The notes beneath the pieces are model-generated. The model was not told where the DNA came from. It did not search any database and was given only the letters and a program-made list of their open reading frames with translations. From NCBI GenBank assembly GCA_029976005.1, contig JARKOQ010000172.1, positions 2,254 through 66,253 of the forward strand: a stretch of DNA of 64,000 nucleotides, given 5' to 3'. Origin of the DNA: Aggregatilineales bacterium. Lineage in GTDB: Bacteria > Chloroflexota > Anaerolineae > Aggregatilineales > Ch27. Position numbers and translations under genes: made by a program. Every line of letters starts with the position of its first letter. Position 1 is the stretch's first letter. Shown here piece after piece: positions 11,701-20,172 of this stretch.

Positions 11701-13154
11701 GTACACAGCGGGAACGTGAGCGTGACGTTTACCAGCCCATCCGGCCCGGTATTGTTGACCTGGAAGCCGTACTGGACGGTGTTGTTGGGAAGCTGGCGGT
11801 TGGGCGTAACCGTCATGACCAGTTCCAGCGCGGGATTGGTCTTATCCACGCTGGCCGTCCAGTTGTCGCCGACATTGGTGCCTCGCGGCGAGACGCCGAC
11901 GGCGGTCACGATATTGATCAGGGGATCGGCGTCACTTTCCTTGACGGTATAGTTGACGGTGCGGGTGACGATATCACCGGCGGGCAGCGGATTGGGCACA
12001 CCGGTGATGATGCCGGTCAGCGAGTCGACGACCGTGACGTTGTTGAGCGGCACGTCGCCATTGTTCTCGATCCGGATCGTGTAGGTGATGGTTTCGCCGA
12101 CGGCCGCTTGCTGCACGTTGGCATACTTCAGCACGCGCAGCGAGGGAATCGCCTTGGTGGTCGTCGCACTGTCGCCAAATACCGCAGTGATGCCGGAAGC
12201 CTGGGCCTGAACCACCACGCTGTTCAGGACGGGGTTGGGGTACTCCGGCCGCATCGTACATGAGAAATTGCCAGTCGCCAGCGCGCCAATCGAGGCTGGC
12301 AGGCTCAGGGTGCTCATCAGGCCTTCAATGGTCGAGCCTGGAGTCGGGGTACATGCCCCGAATGTGCTCGTCTCGAAATAGACGTCGTTGATGAAGTTCA
12401 GGGTGGTGGCAATGGCGCGGTTGTTGACGACGGTCAGCGTCCAGGTAATCGTGTCGCCGACTTCGACGGCGGCGCTGGCGGTCAGGTCGACCGAGATGTT
12501 GGGGCCGTCGACGCGGAAGGTCAGATTGTTGGTGGAACCCGTGTCCTGGTCGCAGACGACGCCTATGCTTGGAAAAGTGCCCCAGGCATTCCAGCGGTAG
12601 TCCATAACAACCGGGTCCGAGGCCCGGGCCGTGTATTCGACATAGGCCTGGGCGACTTCTCCTGGCGAGAGGATGCCATCGAAGGTGATCGGATTGCCGG
12701 AGAGATCGGTCCAGATGGGATCGATGTCAACCCGGTTGAGGGCGTTATTCCAGTCCATGCGGACATTGCCCTGAACTCCGGTCGCATCGACCGCCGCCGT
12801 GTTGGTCACGCGCACGACGATGCGCACCAGGTCGCCCGGCGTGACCTGGATCAGGCTGCCTGTGAATCCGCCGGGGTAGAAGTCGTTGTGCAGGATATTG
12901 CGGTTGCCGAAAATCGTAGAGACGGTGTGCAGTTCCCAGAGCTGCACGCTCAGCCGATTGCCAGAGTCATTCGGGCAGACTGCCGGCGGCGTGGCGCCAC
13001 TGGGCCGCTCCGGTATTTCGGCGGGTTGCGCCGCGGCCTCCTCGCCGGCATAGGCGCGCGGCGCGGCCTCCGGCTGGATCAGGCCGGAAGCGTTCAGGAC
13101 CAGCAGCACGATATAGAGCAGAGTGAGGGCAGACCGCAGCCACTTCCTAGACAT
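2778..13154 (-). CDS. Giant secreted surface protein: signal peptide, ~25 DUF11-like Ig repeats, LPATG motif, two TM helices, P/T linker and C-terminal sortase domain
   Basis: N-terminal signal MSRKWLRSALTLLYIVLLVLNASG; repeats of 'L.(V/I)TK.A....A..GDTITY.I.V.N.G......V.D.L...DP..N...V.G'; LPATG at 3663-3677; sortase motifs LYIPKLG, GNTVLAGH, LEVGD, TLTLITC, ERLAIRA. Confidence 0.88.
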   Translation of the reverse strand: MSRKWLRSALTLLYIVLLVLNASGLIQPEAAPRAYAGEEAAAQPAEIPERPSGATPPAVCPNDSGNRLSVQLWELHTVSTIFGNRNILHNDFYPGGFTGSLIQVTPGDLVRIVVRVTNTAAVDATGVQGNVRMDWNNALNRVDIDPIWTDLSGNPITFDGILSPGEVAQAYVEYTARASDPVVMDYRWNAWGTFPSIGVVCDQDTGSTNNLTFRVDGPNISVDLTASAAVEVGDTITWTLTVVNNRAIATTLNFINDVYFETSTFGACTPTPGSTIEGLMSTLSLPASIGALATGNFSCTMRPEYPNPVLNSVVVQAQASGITAVFGDSATTTKAIPSLRVLKYANVQQAAVGETITYTIRIENNGDVPLNNVTVVDSLTGIITGVPNPLPAGDIVTRTVNYTVKESDADPLINIVTAVGVSPRGTNVGDNWTASVDKTNPALELVMTVTPNRQLPNNTVQYGFQVNNTGPDGLVNVTLTFPLCTLPGAGVGCTGGQVNLTSTSIPAGGSVSGSFVYTIQPSDPDPFGYTTRTTATVRATTTTGSIISDSASVFVDILDDRLQITKTADRTSALRGDTITYDIAVTNLTPDQDFVIQSINDSLVGQVGGIPPTGLSLPAGTTYSFSVPYTVAGSDPDPLVNVIEVLTTTPGLSDSTSEIVDISDAQLFITVSSNPPDEQGPGLPVLYNVGIANIGRITLTDIVGYWEVVSGGGAPTQLQINFGSGPTTVPDDLAPFESAFAEFTRTVQSSDPDPLTILVRITGRDDQGLERSFFGTATINVLPTQIRLTKTANVNNAAVGDTINYEFVIENISDEIIDGVTLSDALCPTTSTDCLNGHVLIAPYDGTAVTGPYAETLSLAPADPIAGTPGGMAYGKFSYQVTLTDLTRRNSTITNTATVTGTRRVSGDRVADSNQWNVQVVNPLTIDKAANRVVATRGQCITYTYTITNTGQLSTITNLTLQDSNLGTIGTQASLPPRAVWVVTAPTTPCGAGTGYEVDNDDVTRGAISNAATVTGTVNNQLVSAVDTWEVDVTEPIIVTKSAYGIALIGDEVTYQISVSNVSDSPYTLVSAIDQSNSAGTPGPRDFLATLIAGSSGTADNVLQPGETATMTYSYIVQPRDPNELNNTFTVTVNDGTGNVPYSAASTVEIFSPFLILKTPTPTFALVGQTVHYDYTVWNISRVSMENVVLTDDKLGAIAVRYNGAGVYTTSPQSLPAAISNPADSPCLPFICNPNYLQSDPAGNNYVIKPADLASETLVNTVTVRGVTGAGPVEQGVIILTEDDAEVQVSSPLQVIKTGPASANIGDTINYTITLTNTSLTDTIRNITAVDTLTGEVTLTFPNPANPGQLAPGQTAVGTASLVVPPTASDPFTNIVTANGVMTIGGVDYNLVVQGQAEVDLLNPILAVDLTSDVTEAERGHPINWTVVLRNNGTTTINGLTYDDSTNAIIASLASCPTSLLAGQTASCSWQYTVGTSDPDPLVNTLTVQGTDTGGQSLTASDNAIVDIIDPRFRVSKVADPGIGFVGSTITYTITVTNSSGSIMDSVAATDDLTGPVPLVFPSGVSGRLNPNESAVGVITYTLSQADPSPLFNRVSASGRTIPAGLQLSDSTYTTVLISSSQLLVEKQASPSVVQVGNTITYNIAITNIGQTRIRNLRVVDAAVGLDTSASPNTCGGPVDANGDGSTDYTLTCTVTNPLTVSPAEELRPFQVAFISYRVVASATIPDPFVNEVRVTGLDSSDKPVEGIDRVAVDIAVPGILLTKTADRSGASVNDTIQYTIELVNVGASPLTGIQVVDNVTGQLVPMSYNGGAATTDPALSSLAAGRTARGVVFYVVTRTTPNPFVNTVTVTNDQGLTDGAAATVEIRDLSLTVTKRADVTSALIGDTITYTIEVTNTSSTALTAVMALDQLSGLPVPLHSPTSGLEITSLAVGERAVGTFLYTVPPTVPDPLINRVTVSGRAPSGVVVSTSALAVVDIREADISLSKIAINGAQSGDSITAAVGDTITYQFTIANAGTSNLSNVQVSDPLCATALTGCTGGLVNFIFPGQSVPATTGTLGPNESVTGSITRVIQTSDPDPLVNTARATARTISGVLIQDADSATVQISASALVVTKTIRGIGTCASAVPATSAEIGDTLAYDIEVRNLSASTTIMNVAVQDALTGNYIPFSTFTTPITPGPGTTGPLGPSGFAQACITATVPAGATSPFVNTAVATGQIGGLPVMDTSSASIPLTTSDLLVTNTPDRSFASIGDTVTFTVTIRNTGLTTITSLAASSLPTGSALPLSVTTLAPGQSTIASYTHTISGMDADPYRTTANVTGLSQSRTITGAATASVDIVSPNIRIVKSATPTLATVGTPINYTIAVTNTGTTNIESVTITDTLLGGNITSRFPAVSAAQPLIPGATISATLSRTVTSADGDPAVNTAAVTAVTATGATLTDTSTAQVNIAGSGLQVIKRASVAAAQNGDVITYTVEITNTSTTRVSGLTISDSLTSGLTLPQYSLDPGQRISTSYTHTVNTSTDLDPLINTVAVAGRDQLGVAVSDTSSATVALLSNANLRVILTADRARVLATEPINYLATVTNIGAETLNNITLVATRPDGSTLSLITLADTISLGSGQSVTRTFSYTVQPADVSPITTTVTATGIGAIAGTVTDTSSVRTGLTASSIDIDLRTANCAVPCVAVVGDLVTFAATVTNSGATLLTGLSMTSPQAVTSANPTGQLITGAPPIIQPGESHTVTFAYRVPLGVPPQTLVSVTASAQDPVGATVMQTFDLILSTATPRISVVLTADKTQAANGDTVTYTATITNVGNTTIYNVALVDSRYGSIVVSPAILSLTPNAARQVTFTHVITASDPDPLVNTLTVSATTSFNRSVADNDTFSINVRRPELFVTVAADRSIATVGELINYQITVLNIGDGPVRTLRAVYITATPTQGAGTQQRPSLQGGSIQLTLPADGTLAEGVGTTGTFNHVVTSADANPLTFRVTATGEGLVGTTQVTVSDDALISTPLITVDSSGNPIVVGTPIPGTAAPEVTKTADLAYAIPGGLLTWQVSVRNPGTDPLSGIIVTDTLESTMVLQSVTINNGTIESEGNVIVATTGTLTFNQSAVLTVIARVREDVLANQVLQNIGCATSIGAQQATCATGTVRVSPDASMLPATGAADVAPGQPDFPIGALMIGLLALTGLLGLALNVQDKGLRLVIIVALVAAAVVIVAVVASLVLNLGSAPVGTPQAAAATATPPEAMSAPLETALPTSTPEPGQPTAPPPTPIPIPTAIAALPPGQRVPVETVSQPPFSPQYDRELYIPKLGLSDSVPIVTVPLRNQTWDVRDLGQSIGFLEGTTWVEEAGQGLGGNTVLAGHIQITTGVPGPFRDLDLLEVGDSIFLAERGRIYEFMVYTIDVVAPDDVEVTYPTRNQTLTLITCTTWDAFRGIFEERLAIRAVPVRIMDIQAGA

Positions 13155-13340
13155 AAGCTTCCCCCGCAGGATAAGGCCAGGATCGGGCTTTCCCCGGCCG
13201 CAGCAGTCGCACGGATTATCGAGGAAACATGAGTTTATAGATCGCCACTAGATATCATTATCAGCTTTCGTAGAGCCAAGCGGCAAGTGTCAGAAGGTAC
13301 TATTTTGTTACAGTGTTGTGCAAGTTCGGTAAGGTTACAG

Positions 13341-14528
13341 TCAACGGGCATCGAGACCCGCGTAGCTTTCCAGCAGGCGCACTGCCTGAGCCGGCCAGCC
13401 GCAGACCTGCTGGGCCGCCTGAAGCGCGGCCTGCCACGCCTGGCGCGTGTCTGGATTCTCCAGCCGGATGATGGCTTCCGCCAGTGTTTCCGGCTGATCG
13501 GCATCCCACAGCGAACCGATCGGATATTCCACGAGAAAGTGGGCCAACGCCGGGGTCCGGGTCGAGAGCACCGGCAGGCCGGCGGCGATCGCTTCCAGCA
13601 GTTTGGTGGGGACCGAGAGCGCGTAGTTTGGCTCGGATGCCGTGATGGCGATCAGGGATGCGTCCGCGTTCTGGATGGCGGCGCTGACTTCGGCAGAGGC
13701 GATCGGCGGATGGAAGTGGACCTGCCGGCCGACGCCCAGCGACTCCGCCAGCGCGGCCAGCGCCGCCTTCTGTTCGCCGTCTCCCAGGAAGGTCAGGTGA
13801 ACATCCGGCGGGCAGAGGGCCACGCCTCTGACCAGTTGATCCAGACAGCGTCCCCGGCGGATCAGGCCCCCGGTGTGGATCAGCCACAGGCGCGCGCCTT
13901 CGGGACGAGGCAGGGGCGTGGCATTTCCCACACACGTAACCCCATTAAGTATGGTCACCGGGCAGGCGCATCCCCACCGGCGGGCCATGAAGTCAGCTCG
14001 ATAGGGGCTGTTGGCCAGGATCAGATTGGCCCGGCGGGCCAGGCGGCGTTCCAGGGCGCGTTCCACGGCGAGGCGCAGCCGGGGCCAGGGATGGGGAGGC
14101 TCCGGATAGCGGTAGAGATACAGCTCGTGGGCGTCGTAGACCAGGCGAGTCTTGCGGCGTTGGCCCAGGCGGGCCAGGGCGACCATCACCAGGGCCGGGA
14201 AGTCGTGGGCATGCCAGATGTCGGCGGATTGACGGCGCAGACTACCGAGCAGGGCCAGTCCCTGGAGCACGTGGCGCAGCCGCTTGAGCAGCGGCAACCG
14301 GCGCAGGGCCTCCAATTCTGGCCCGTAGCGGAAGCGGCGGATTTCCCAGAGGCCCGCGGATTCGTGATCGGGCAGCGGGCTGGAAGCGTCGTGCGTGCCG
14401 ATCACGCTGACCGGGTAGCCCGCCTCCGCCAGGGCAGCCGCTTCGTTGCGCACCCGGGTGTCAAACGTGACCTCGTTGAGGACGAGCATCACAACCCGTG
14501 GACTGCCAGGGCTGACATGCTTGATCAT
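13341..14528 (-). CDS. Glycosyltransferase family 4 (GT-B)
   Basis: D.RV..EA..L...GY.V, HAHDF, VYDAHELY, PTKLLEAIAAGLPV motifs. Confidence 0.88.
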   Translation of the reverse strand: MIKHVSPGSPRVVMLVLNEVTFDTRVRNEAAALAEAGYPVSVIGTHDASSPLPDHESAGLWEIRRFRYGPELEALRRLPLLKRLRHVLQGLALLGSLRRQSADIWHAHDFPALVMVALARLGQRRKTRLVYDAHELYLYRYPEPPHPWPRLRLAVERALERRLARRANLILANSPYRADFMARRWGCACPVTILNGVTCVGNATPLPRPEGARLWLIHTGGLIRRGRCLDQLVRGVALCPPDVHLTFLGDGEQKAALAALAESLGVGRQVHFHPPIASAEVSAAIQNADASLIAITASEPNYALSVPTKLLEAIAAGLPVLSTRTPALAHFLVEYPIGSLWDADQPETLAEAIIRLENPDTRQAWQAALQAAQQVCGWPAQAVRLLESYAGLDAR

Positions 14529-14586
14529 GATTGATATACTCTATGTTTATGAACTGTACAGGTATCCAGATTGGGGCAACGCAACA

Positions 14587-15150
14587 TTGAAAATATACAC
14601 GAAAACCGGGGATAGCGGCGACACGGGCCTCTTTGGTGGGGGCCGGGTGCGCAAAAGCGGCATCCGGGTCGAGGCGTATGGAACCGCCGATGAACTCAAT
14701 TCGATCCTGGGACTGGTGCGCGCCTACGGCTTGCCGGAACCGGCCGACCGGTGGCTGGTGGACGTCCAGAACGATCTGTTTTGTCTGGGGGCTGACCTGG
14801 CGACCCCGATGGAGGCCAAGTCCGCCTGGATCGTGCGCCTGGAGATGGCGGCAGTGACGCGCCTGGAGCAGGTGATCGACCAGATCGAGGTAGACCTGCC
14901 GCCGCTTAAGAACTTCATCTTGCCCGGCGGCGCGCCGGCGGCAGCCGCGCTTCACGTGGCCCGGACGGTCTGCCGGCGGGCGGAGCGCATTGCCGTGCAG
15001 TTGAACGACGAGCAGGAGATCAACCCGACCGTCCTGATCTATCTCAACCGCCTTTCGGATTTGCTGTTTGTCCTGGCGCGTTGGGTCAATATCCGGCTCG
15101 GACAGAGCGAAACCGAATGGCAGTCGGGCGGGCGTTCAGACCCGGCCTAG
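14587..15150 (+). CDS. PduO-type ATP:cob(I)alamin adenosyltransferase
   Basis: KIYTKTGDSGDTGL, EAYGTADELNS, FILPGG, ARTVCRRAER, YLNRLSDLLF; likely TTG start at 14587. Confidence 0.92.
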   Translation: MKIYTKTGDSGDTGLFGGGRVRKSGIRVEAYGTADELNSILGLVRAYGLPEPADRWLVDVQNDLFCLGADLATPMEAKSAWIVRLEMAAVTRLEQVIDQIEVDLPPLKNFILPGGAPAAAALHVARTVCRRAERIAVQLNDEQEINPTVLIYLNRLSDLLFVLARWVNIRLGQSETEWQSGGRSDPA

Positions 15151-16019
15151 AGGTCGGCGGCCAGACGGAATCCGACCACGTTATCCTGGCCGTGCGGGTA
15201 GTAGCAGTAACGGGCCGCGCAGCGCGCGTCATCCGGCCCGTGATACCAGGAGCCGCCCCGGACGATCTGCGGCTCTGCGGCGGCTCTGGGATTGGCCGGT
15301 TGGTCCAGGGCGAGCGGGTAGCGGCGCAGGGGGGAATCGCACCATTCCCAGAGGTTCCCGGCCATGTCCGCGCAGCCGAACGGGCTGTCCCCCAGGGGGG
15401 AGAACTGGCCAACCGGCGTGGGGCAGGCCCGGCGCGGCGCGGGATCGGGGGCGTCCCAGCTATCGACCGTCTCCGGCGCGGTGTTGGCATAGGCCGGCTC
15501 CCAGCGATTACCCCAGGGATAACGCCGTCCGTCTGTGCCCCGTGCGGCTTTCTCCCATTCCGGCTCGGTGGGCAGGCGGTAGGCTCCGCCGCTGACGTGG
15601 GACAGCCAGCGACAGTAGGCTGCGGCCGCGTGCCAGCTCACCCCCGCGACGGGCAGGTTGGGATCGTCCGACCAGTCCGGGTCCGACCAGTATTCGGGCT
15701 GAGTGATCCGGTTTTGTTCTCGCCAGCGCCAGCCAGACTCGCTCCAGAAGACGCTGTCCAGGTATCCCCCCGCTTCGACGAAGGCCGCGAATTCGCCGAC
15801 CGTCACGGGATAGCGCCCGATCTGGTAGGCGGGCAGAGTCAGGGTATGCAGGGGCTGCTCCCTGGCGTACCACTCCATCCGGTTGCCGTGCGCCGTGCGC
15901 CCCAACTGCCGTACTTCGCGCGGGTCGGTGCCCATCAGGAAGGGACCGGCGGGAATCGTCACCATAGCCGGATGAGGCACGTTCGGCGCTGCTTGGGGGT
16001 TGGAGCTTGCCTGAGACAT
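15147..16019 (-). CDS. Formylglycine-generating-enzyme (SUMF1/EgtB-like) domain protein
   Basis: IPAGPFLMG, YPVT..EF..FV, RLPTEPEWEKAARG, YPWG, DMAGNLWEW, RGGSW, GFR. Confidence 0.88.
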   Translation of the reverse strand: MSQASSNPQAAPNVPHPAMVTIPAGPFLMGTDPREVRQLGRTAHGNRMEWYAREQPLHTLTLPAYQIGRYPVTVGEFAAFVEAGGYLDSVFWSESGWRWREQNRITQPEYWSDPDWSDDPNLPVAGVSWHAAAAYCRWLSHVSGGAYRLPTEPEWEKAARGTDGRRYPWGNRWEPAYANTAPETVDSWDAPDPAPRRACPTPVGQFSPLGDSPFGCADMAGNLWEWCDSPLRRYPLALDQPANPRAAAEPQIVRGGSWYHGPDDARCAARYCYYPHGQDNVVGFRLAADL

Positions 16020-16075
16020 CGTTTCTACCCAATCCAGGTGCCCTGGCAGGCGGGGCGGCGGCGAAGGGGCGTCCT

Positions 16076-16513
16076 CTAGAGCAGACCCAGGTGGCCGAGC
16101 AAGGCATCCATCCCCAGGATGTAGCTCCGCCAGCCGAATCCGCAAATCTGGCCCAGGCAGACCGCCGCCAGCATCGAGCGGTGGCGGAAGGATTCCCGGG
16201 CGTGAATGTTGCTGAGGTGGACTTCGACCACGGGCAAATCGATGCTGGCGATCGCGTCCCGCAAGGCGATGGAGGTATGGGTGTATGCGCCTGGGTTCAT
16301 CACCACGCCGCCCGCCCAGTTGCGCGCGATGTGCAGGGTATCGATCAACACGCCTTCGTGGTTTGACTGCTGGATGCGCACGGTGACGCTCCGGGCGAGC
16401 GCGTGCTCCTTGATACGATCGTTGATGTCGTCGAGCGTCAGGGAGCCATAGACCTCCGGCTCGCGCTGGCCGAGCAGGTTGAGGTTCGGGCCGTGGAGTA
16501 TCAGGAACTCCAT
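16076..16513 (-). CDS. aroQ: Type II 3-dehydroquinate dehydratase
   Basis: [43 protein letters not shown]; true start at ATG 16513. Confidence 0.95.
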   Translation of the reverse strand: MEFLILHGPNLNLLGQREPEVYGSLTLDDINDRIKEHALARSVTVRIQQSNHEGVLIDTLHIARNWAGGVVMNPGAYTHTSIALRDAIASIDLPVVEVHLSNIHARESFRHRSMLAAVCLGQICGFGWRSYILGMDALLGHLGLL

Positions 16514-16515
16514 GC

Positions 16516-17568
16516 TTATGCTCCGCTCATTTCGGTTAAGACGGATATGACAACGCCGGGGTCTATATTCTCCATAATAAACGGTTTTCCAATCTCCTTC
16601 AAGAGCACGAATCGCGCCCGGCCGTGTTCCCACTTTTTGTCGGTCGCCATCGCCTCCCACAGGCTTTCTGGATCGTAGCGGCCCAGCCGGGTCGGCAGTT
16701 CCAGATGCCCCAGCAGCTCCTCGACCTGGGCGATCAGGGCCGGGTCGCACTGGCCCAGGCGGGCCGAGAGCCTGATCGCCGCAACCAGCCCGACCGCCAC
16801 GGCCTGCCCGTGCTTCCAGGTGTAGCCGCTGATCTGTTCCAGGGCGTGGCCGAACGTGTGGCCGAGATTCAGGAAGGCGCGCACGTTCTGCTCGTAGGGG
16901 TCCTGCTCGACCACGGCAACCTTGACGGAGACCGCGCGTGGCACGAATTCGGCGGCCCGCTCGCGAACCAGCAGGGCGGGATCGAGCAGGCCGGGATCGG
17001 CCAGCAGACCGTGCTTGACCACCTCGGCCAGGCCGCAGCGCCATTCGACCTCCGGCAGGGTGGTTAGCACATCGGTGTCGACGACCACCATCTCCGGCTG
17101 CTTGAAGGCCCCGACCAGATTCTTGCCTTCCGGCAGATCGACGGCCGTCTTGCCGCCGACGCTGGAATCGACCATTGCCAGCAGGCTGGTGGGCACCTGG
17201 ACGAGCCGCACCCCGCGCATGTACGACGCGGCCGCGTAGCCCATGATGTCACCGATCACGCCGCCGCCCAGGGCCAGGACAATGCCCTTGCGGTCGAGGC
17301 CGAGCCTGACCAGACCGCTGTAGATGGCCTCCAGGGTAGGCAGGGTCTTGTAGATTTCGCCGTCCTCGATGGTAAGGACGACGCTGTTAGGCAGCCGATC
17401 CGCCAGCGGGCGGGCATACAACGGCGACAGCGTGGTATTCGTGCCGATGACCGTCCGCGCGGTGAGCCTGTGTTCCTGGAGGAGATCGGGCAGCCGCCGG
17501 AGCGCGCCCGGCTCGAAATAGATGGGGTAGGAGCCGTCCGGTGTTTTTACGGGAATCGTGAGTGCCAT
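16516..17568 (-). CDS. aroB: 3-dehydroquinate synthase
   Basis: [51 protein letters not shown]. Confidence 0.95.
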   Translation of the reverse strand: MALTIPVKTPDGSYPIYFEPGALRRLPDLLQEHRLTARTVIGTNTTLSPLYARPLADRLPNSVVLTIEDGEIYKTLPTLEAIYSGLVRLGLDRKGIVLALGGGVIGDIMGYAAASYMRGVRLVQVPTSLLAMVDSSVGGKTAVDLPEGKNLVGAFKQPEMVVVDTDVLTTLPEVEWRCGLAEVVKHGLLADPGLLDPALLVRERAAEFVPRAVSVKVAVVEQDPYEQNVRAFLNLGHTFGHALEQISGYTWKHGQAVAVGLVAAIRLSARLGQCDPALIAQVEELLGHLELPTRLGRYDPESLWEAMATDKKWEHGRARFVLLKEIGKPFIMENIDPGVVISVLTEMSGA

Positions 17569-18077
17569 AGCTTGATGATCACCTCCACGGTTTCTTCAGG
17601 GGTCAGGGTGGTCGTATCGACGTGATGGGGCAGGGCCGCATAGGCGGCCGCGCGCTCCGCCAGCAGTTCCCGGATGCGGGCTTCCGGATCGGCGGCCTGG
17701 AGCAGGGGACGGTCGCTCTCGCGCAGACGGGCCAGCAGGCTGTCCGGCGAGGCTTCCAGGCAGATCACCAGGCCGGTGGCGGCCAGGCGCGCCCGGTTGG
17801 TCGCGTCGACGAGCGCGCCGCCTCCGGTGGCGATGACCAGGCCCTGCCGGGCAGCCAGCTCCTGGCAGAGATCGCGCTCCATTCGCCGGAAAGCGGCCTC
17901 GCCCTGGGCGGCGAAGATGGCGGGGATGGTCTGGCCGGCGCGCTCTTCCAGGACGGCGTCCATGTCGATGAACGGGCGGCCCAGACGCTCGGCCACCAGA
18001 CGCCCGACCGTGCTCTTGCCGGTGCCCATGAAGCCGGTCAGGATCAGATTGGCGCGGTCGGGGGCTGGATCGGTCAT
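17547..18077 (-). CDS. aroK: Shikimate kinase
   Basis: GFMGTGKSTVG P-loop, GEAAFR..E, ATGGG, RPLL. Confidence 0.95.
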   Translation of the reverse strand: MTDPAPDRANLILTGFMGTGKSTVGRLVAERLGRPFIDMDAVLEERAGQTIPAIFAAQGEAAFRRMERDLCQELAARQGLVIATGGGALVDATNRARLAATGLVICLEASPDSLLARLRESDRPLLQAADPEARIRELLAERAAAYAALPHHVDTTTLTPEETVEVIIKLWHSRFP

Positions 18078-19270
18078 TCGGCCGGCCAGTCGTAGCCAAA
18101 GCGCCAGGGTTCGTTTCGCATAGTCAGTTCATCCAACCGACCCTGACGCAATGCCTGAAAGCGTGCCCGAAGCTCCCCCAGGCTGTCCCCGCCCAGCTTC
18201 TCCAGCAGGGCATCCGCCAGCACGAAGGCGACCATCGCTTCGCCGACGACGACCGCGCGCGGCACGGCGCAGAAGTCGGAGCGCTCGTAGACGGTCGGCG
18301 CGGGCTGGCCCGTCGCCAGATCGATCGACTCGATCGGGGTCAGGGTGGTGCTGATCGGTTTCATGGCGGCGCGCACGATCAACGGCTCGCCGGTGGTCAT
18401 GCCGCCTTCCAACCCGCCGGCCCGGTTGGTCCGGCGGCGCAGCGCGCCCTGCTCGGCCGTGATCGCGTCGTGCACCGACGTGCCGTAGTGGCGCGTATTT
18501 TCGAAGGCCGTGCCGATCTCCGCGCCTTTGATGGACTGGATACTGCCCATCGCGCCAAGCAGGCGGCCGGTCAGGCGGCGGTCGTAGTGAACATGGCTGC
18601 CCAGTCCCGGCGGCAGGCCCAAAGCCGCGATCTCGAAGACGCCGCCCAGGGTGTCGCGGTCGATCTTGGCCTGGTGGATCGCGGCCCGCATCGCTTCCGT
18701 CGCGGCCGGATCGGGACAGCGCACCTCGCTCGTCTCGGCGGCGGCGAAGCGTTCCTCATAGGGCATGCTCGCGGGCAGGTCGGCCTGAACCCGGCCGATG
18801 CAAACCACGTACCCGCCGATGGCGATCCCGAATTCGGCCAGCAGCTTCTTGCACACCGCGCCTATGGCGACCCGCATGGCGGTTTCGCGCGCGCTGGCGC
18901 GTTCCAGCGAGAGGCGCAGATCGTCGTAGTCATACTTGAGCGCGCCGGTCAGGTCGGCATGGCCGGGACGCGGGGTGGTCATGGGGGGGATGTCCCTCTC
19001 GGCCCAGTTCTTCCAGTCGCGGTTGTGGATGATCAGGCCGATGGGAGCGCCGGTCGTGCGCCCGGCCATAACCCCGGCGGTGAAGTGGATTTCGTCGCGC
19101 TCGATCTGCATCCGGCCCCCGCTGCCATACCCTTCCTGGCGGCGGGCGAGGTCGGAGGCGAGGTCCTCCGGGGCGAGGGGCAGGCCGGCCGGCATGCCTT
19201 CCAGGATGCCGGACAGCAGCGGACCGTGGGATTCGCCCGCGGTCAGGAAACGGAGTCGGGAAGGGGTCAT
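18074..19270 (-). CDS. aroC: Chorismate synthase
   Basis: TAGESHG, RRQ.GYG.GGRM, PRPGHAD, ERASARETA, NRAGGLEGG, MKPIST, ERSD. Confidence 0.96.
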   Translation of the reverse strand: MTPSRLRFLTAGESHGPLLSGILEGMPAGLPLAPEDLASDLARRQEGYGSGGRMQIERDEIHFTAGVMAGRTTGAPIGLIIHNRDWKNWAERDIPPMTTPRPGHADLTGALKYDYDDLRLSLERASARETAMRVAIGAVCKKLLAEFGIAIGGYVVCIGRVQADLPASMPYEERFAAAETSEVRCPDPAATEAMRAAIHQAKIDRDTLGGVFEIAALGLPPGLGSHVHYDRRLTGRLLGAMGSIQSIKGAEIGTAFENTRHYGTSVHDAITAEQGALRRRTNRAGGLEGGMTTGEPLIVRAAMKPISTTLTPIESIDLATGQPAPTVYERSDFCAVPRAVVVGEAMVAFVLADALLEKLGGDSLGELRARFQALRQGRLDELTMRNEPWRFGYDWPAE

Positions 19271-20172
19271 TGGGCCAATACCTGTCTGGCGGCGTCGAGC
19301 ATCAGGTCGATGGGGGCTTCAGTCCCGGTCCAGCGCTGGAACGCGGCCGCGCCCTGTTGTACGAGCATCCCCAGGCCACTGACCGCGTTCAGTCCGGCGT
19401 CCTGAGCCTGGCGGACGAGCAGCGTTTGCTCCGGCCGGTAGACCATATCGTAGACAAAAGCGGTTGGTGGAAACGGGATGCCATCCGGCCAGGGTGAGGC
19501 CGCGGTGTTGGGCCACATGCCCACCGGCGTGCAGTTGACGATCAGATCGACCGGGGTCTTCAGCTCAGCCAGCCGGTCGGGGGTCATCGTCCGGATTTGC
19601 ATCCGCCACTGGGTGGATTCGATGGGGTGTTCGGCGTCGCCCAGCCGGAGGCCGCTCTGAATGCTGCGGATCAGCTCCAGGCCGCGGCCCGGCGTGCGCG
19701 AGACGATCATGATCTGGAAGCCCAGGCGCGCCAGGACGTAGGTCGCCGCGTGAGCCGCGCCGCCCGCGCCCAGGATCAGGGCCAGCATTCCCGGACGCGG
19801 ATCGGGCAGGTGGATCAGCAGATCGCGCTGGAAGCCCAGGATGTCCGTGTTGGTCCCCTGCCAGATCGGCGTGGGATCGGCGAGCGCGGTGACGGTATTG
19901 ACCGCGCCGACCGCCCTGGCTTCGGGCAGGATCGAGTCCAGATGGGGCAGGATGGCCTGCTTGTGGGGGACGGTCACGTTGAAGCCCAGCACCCCGCGCG
20001 CGTGCAAATCGCGCAGGGTGCGCTCCAGCTTATCCGGAGGAACCGGGAATGCCTCGTAACGCCAGTTCAGGCCCAATGCCTTGAAAGCGGCATTGAACAT
20101 GGCCGGGCTGGCGCTGTGCTCGACCGGCCACCCGATCAGCCCGACGGTTTTTGCGGCTTTTGCGGTGCTCAA
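19267..20172 (-). CDS. aroE: Shikimate dehydrogenase
   Basis: G.PVEHS.SP, GFNVTVPHK, GAVNT, NTD, GAGGAA, NCTPVGM, DMVYRP, GL.MLVQQG. Confidence 0.95.
   Translation of the reverse strand: MSTAKAAKTVGLIGWPVEHSASPAMFNAAFKALGLNWRYEAFPVPPDKLERTLRDLHARGVLGFNVTVPHKQAILPHLDSILPEARAVGAVNTVTALADPTPIWQGTNTDILGFQRDLLIHLPDPRPGMLALILGAGGAAHAATYVLARLGFQIMIVSRTPGRGLELIRSIQSGLRLGDAEHPIESTQWRMQIRTMTPDRLAELKTPVDLIVNCTPVGMWPNTAASPWPDGIPFPPTAFVYDMVYRPEQTLLVRQAQDAGLNAVSGLGMLVQQGAAAFQRWTGTEAPIDLMLDAARQVLAQ

Noticed and set aside
13155-13340. c-di-GMP riboswitch ahead of the adhesin
   Set aside because: No recognisable GEMM motif by eye; a covariance-model search would be needed to exclude it
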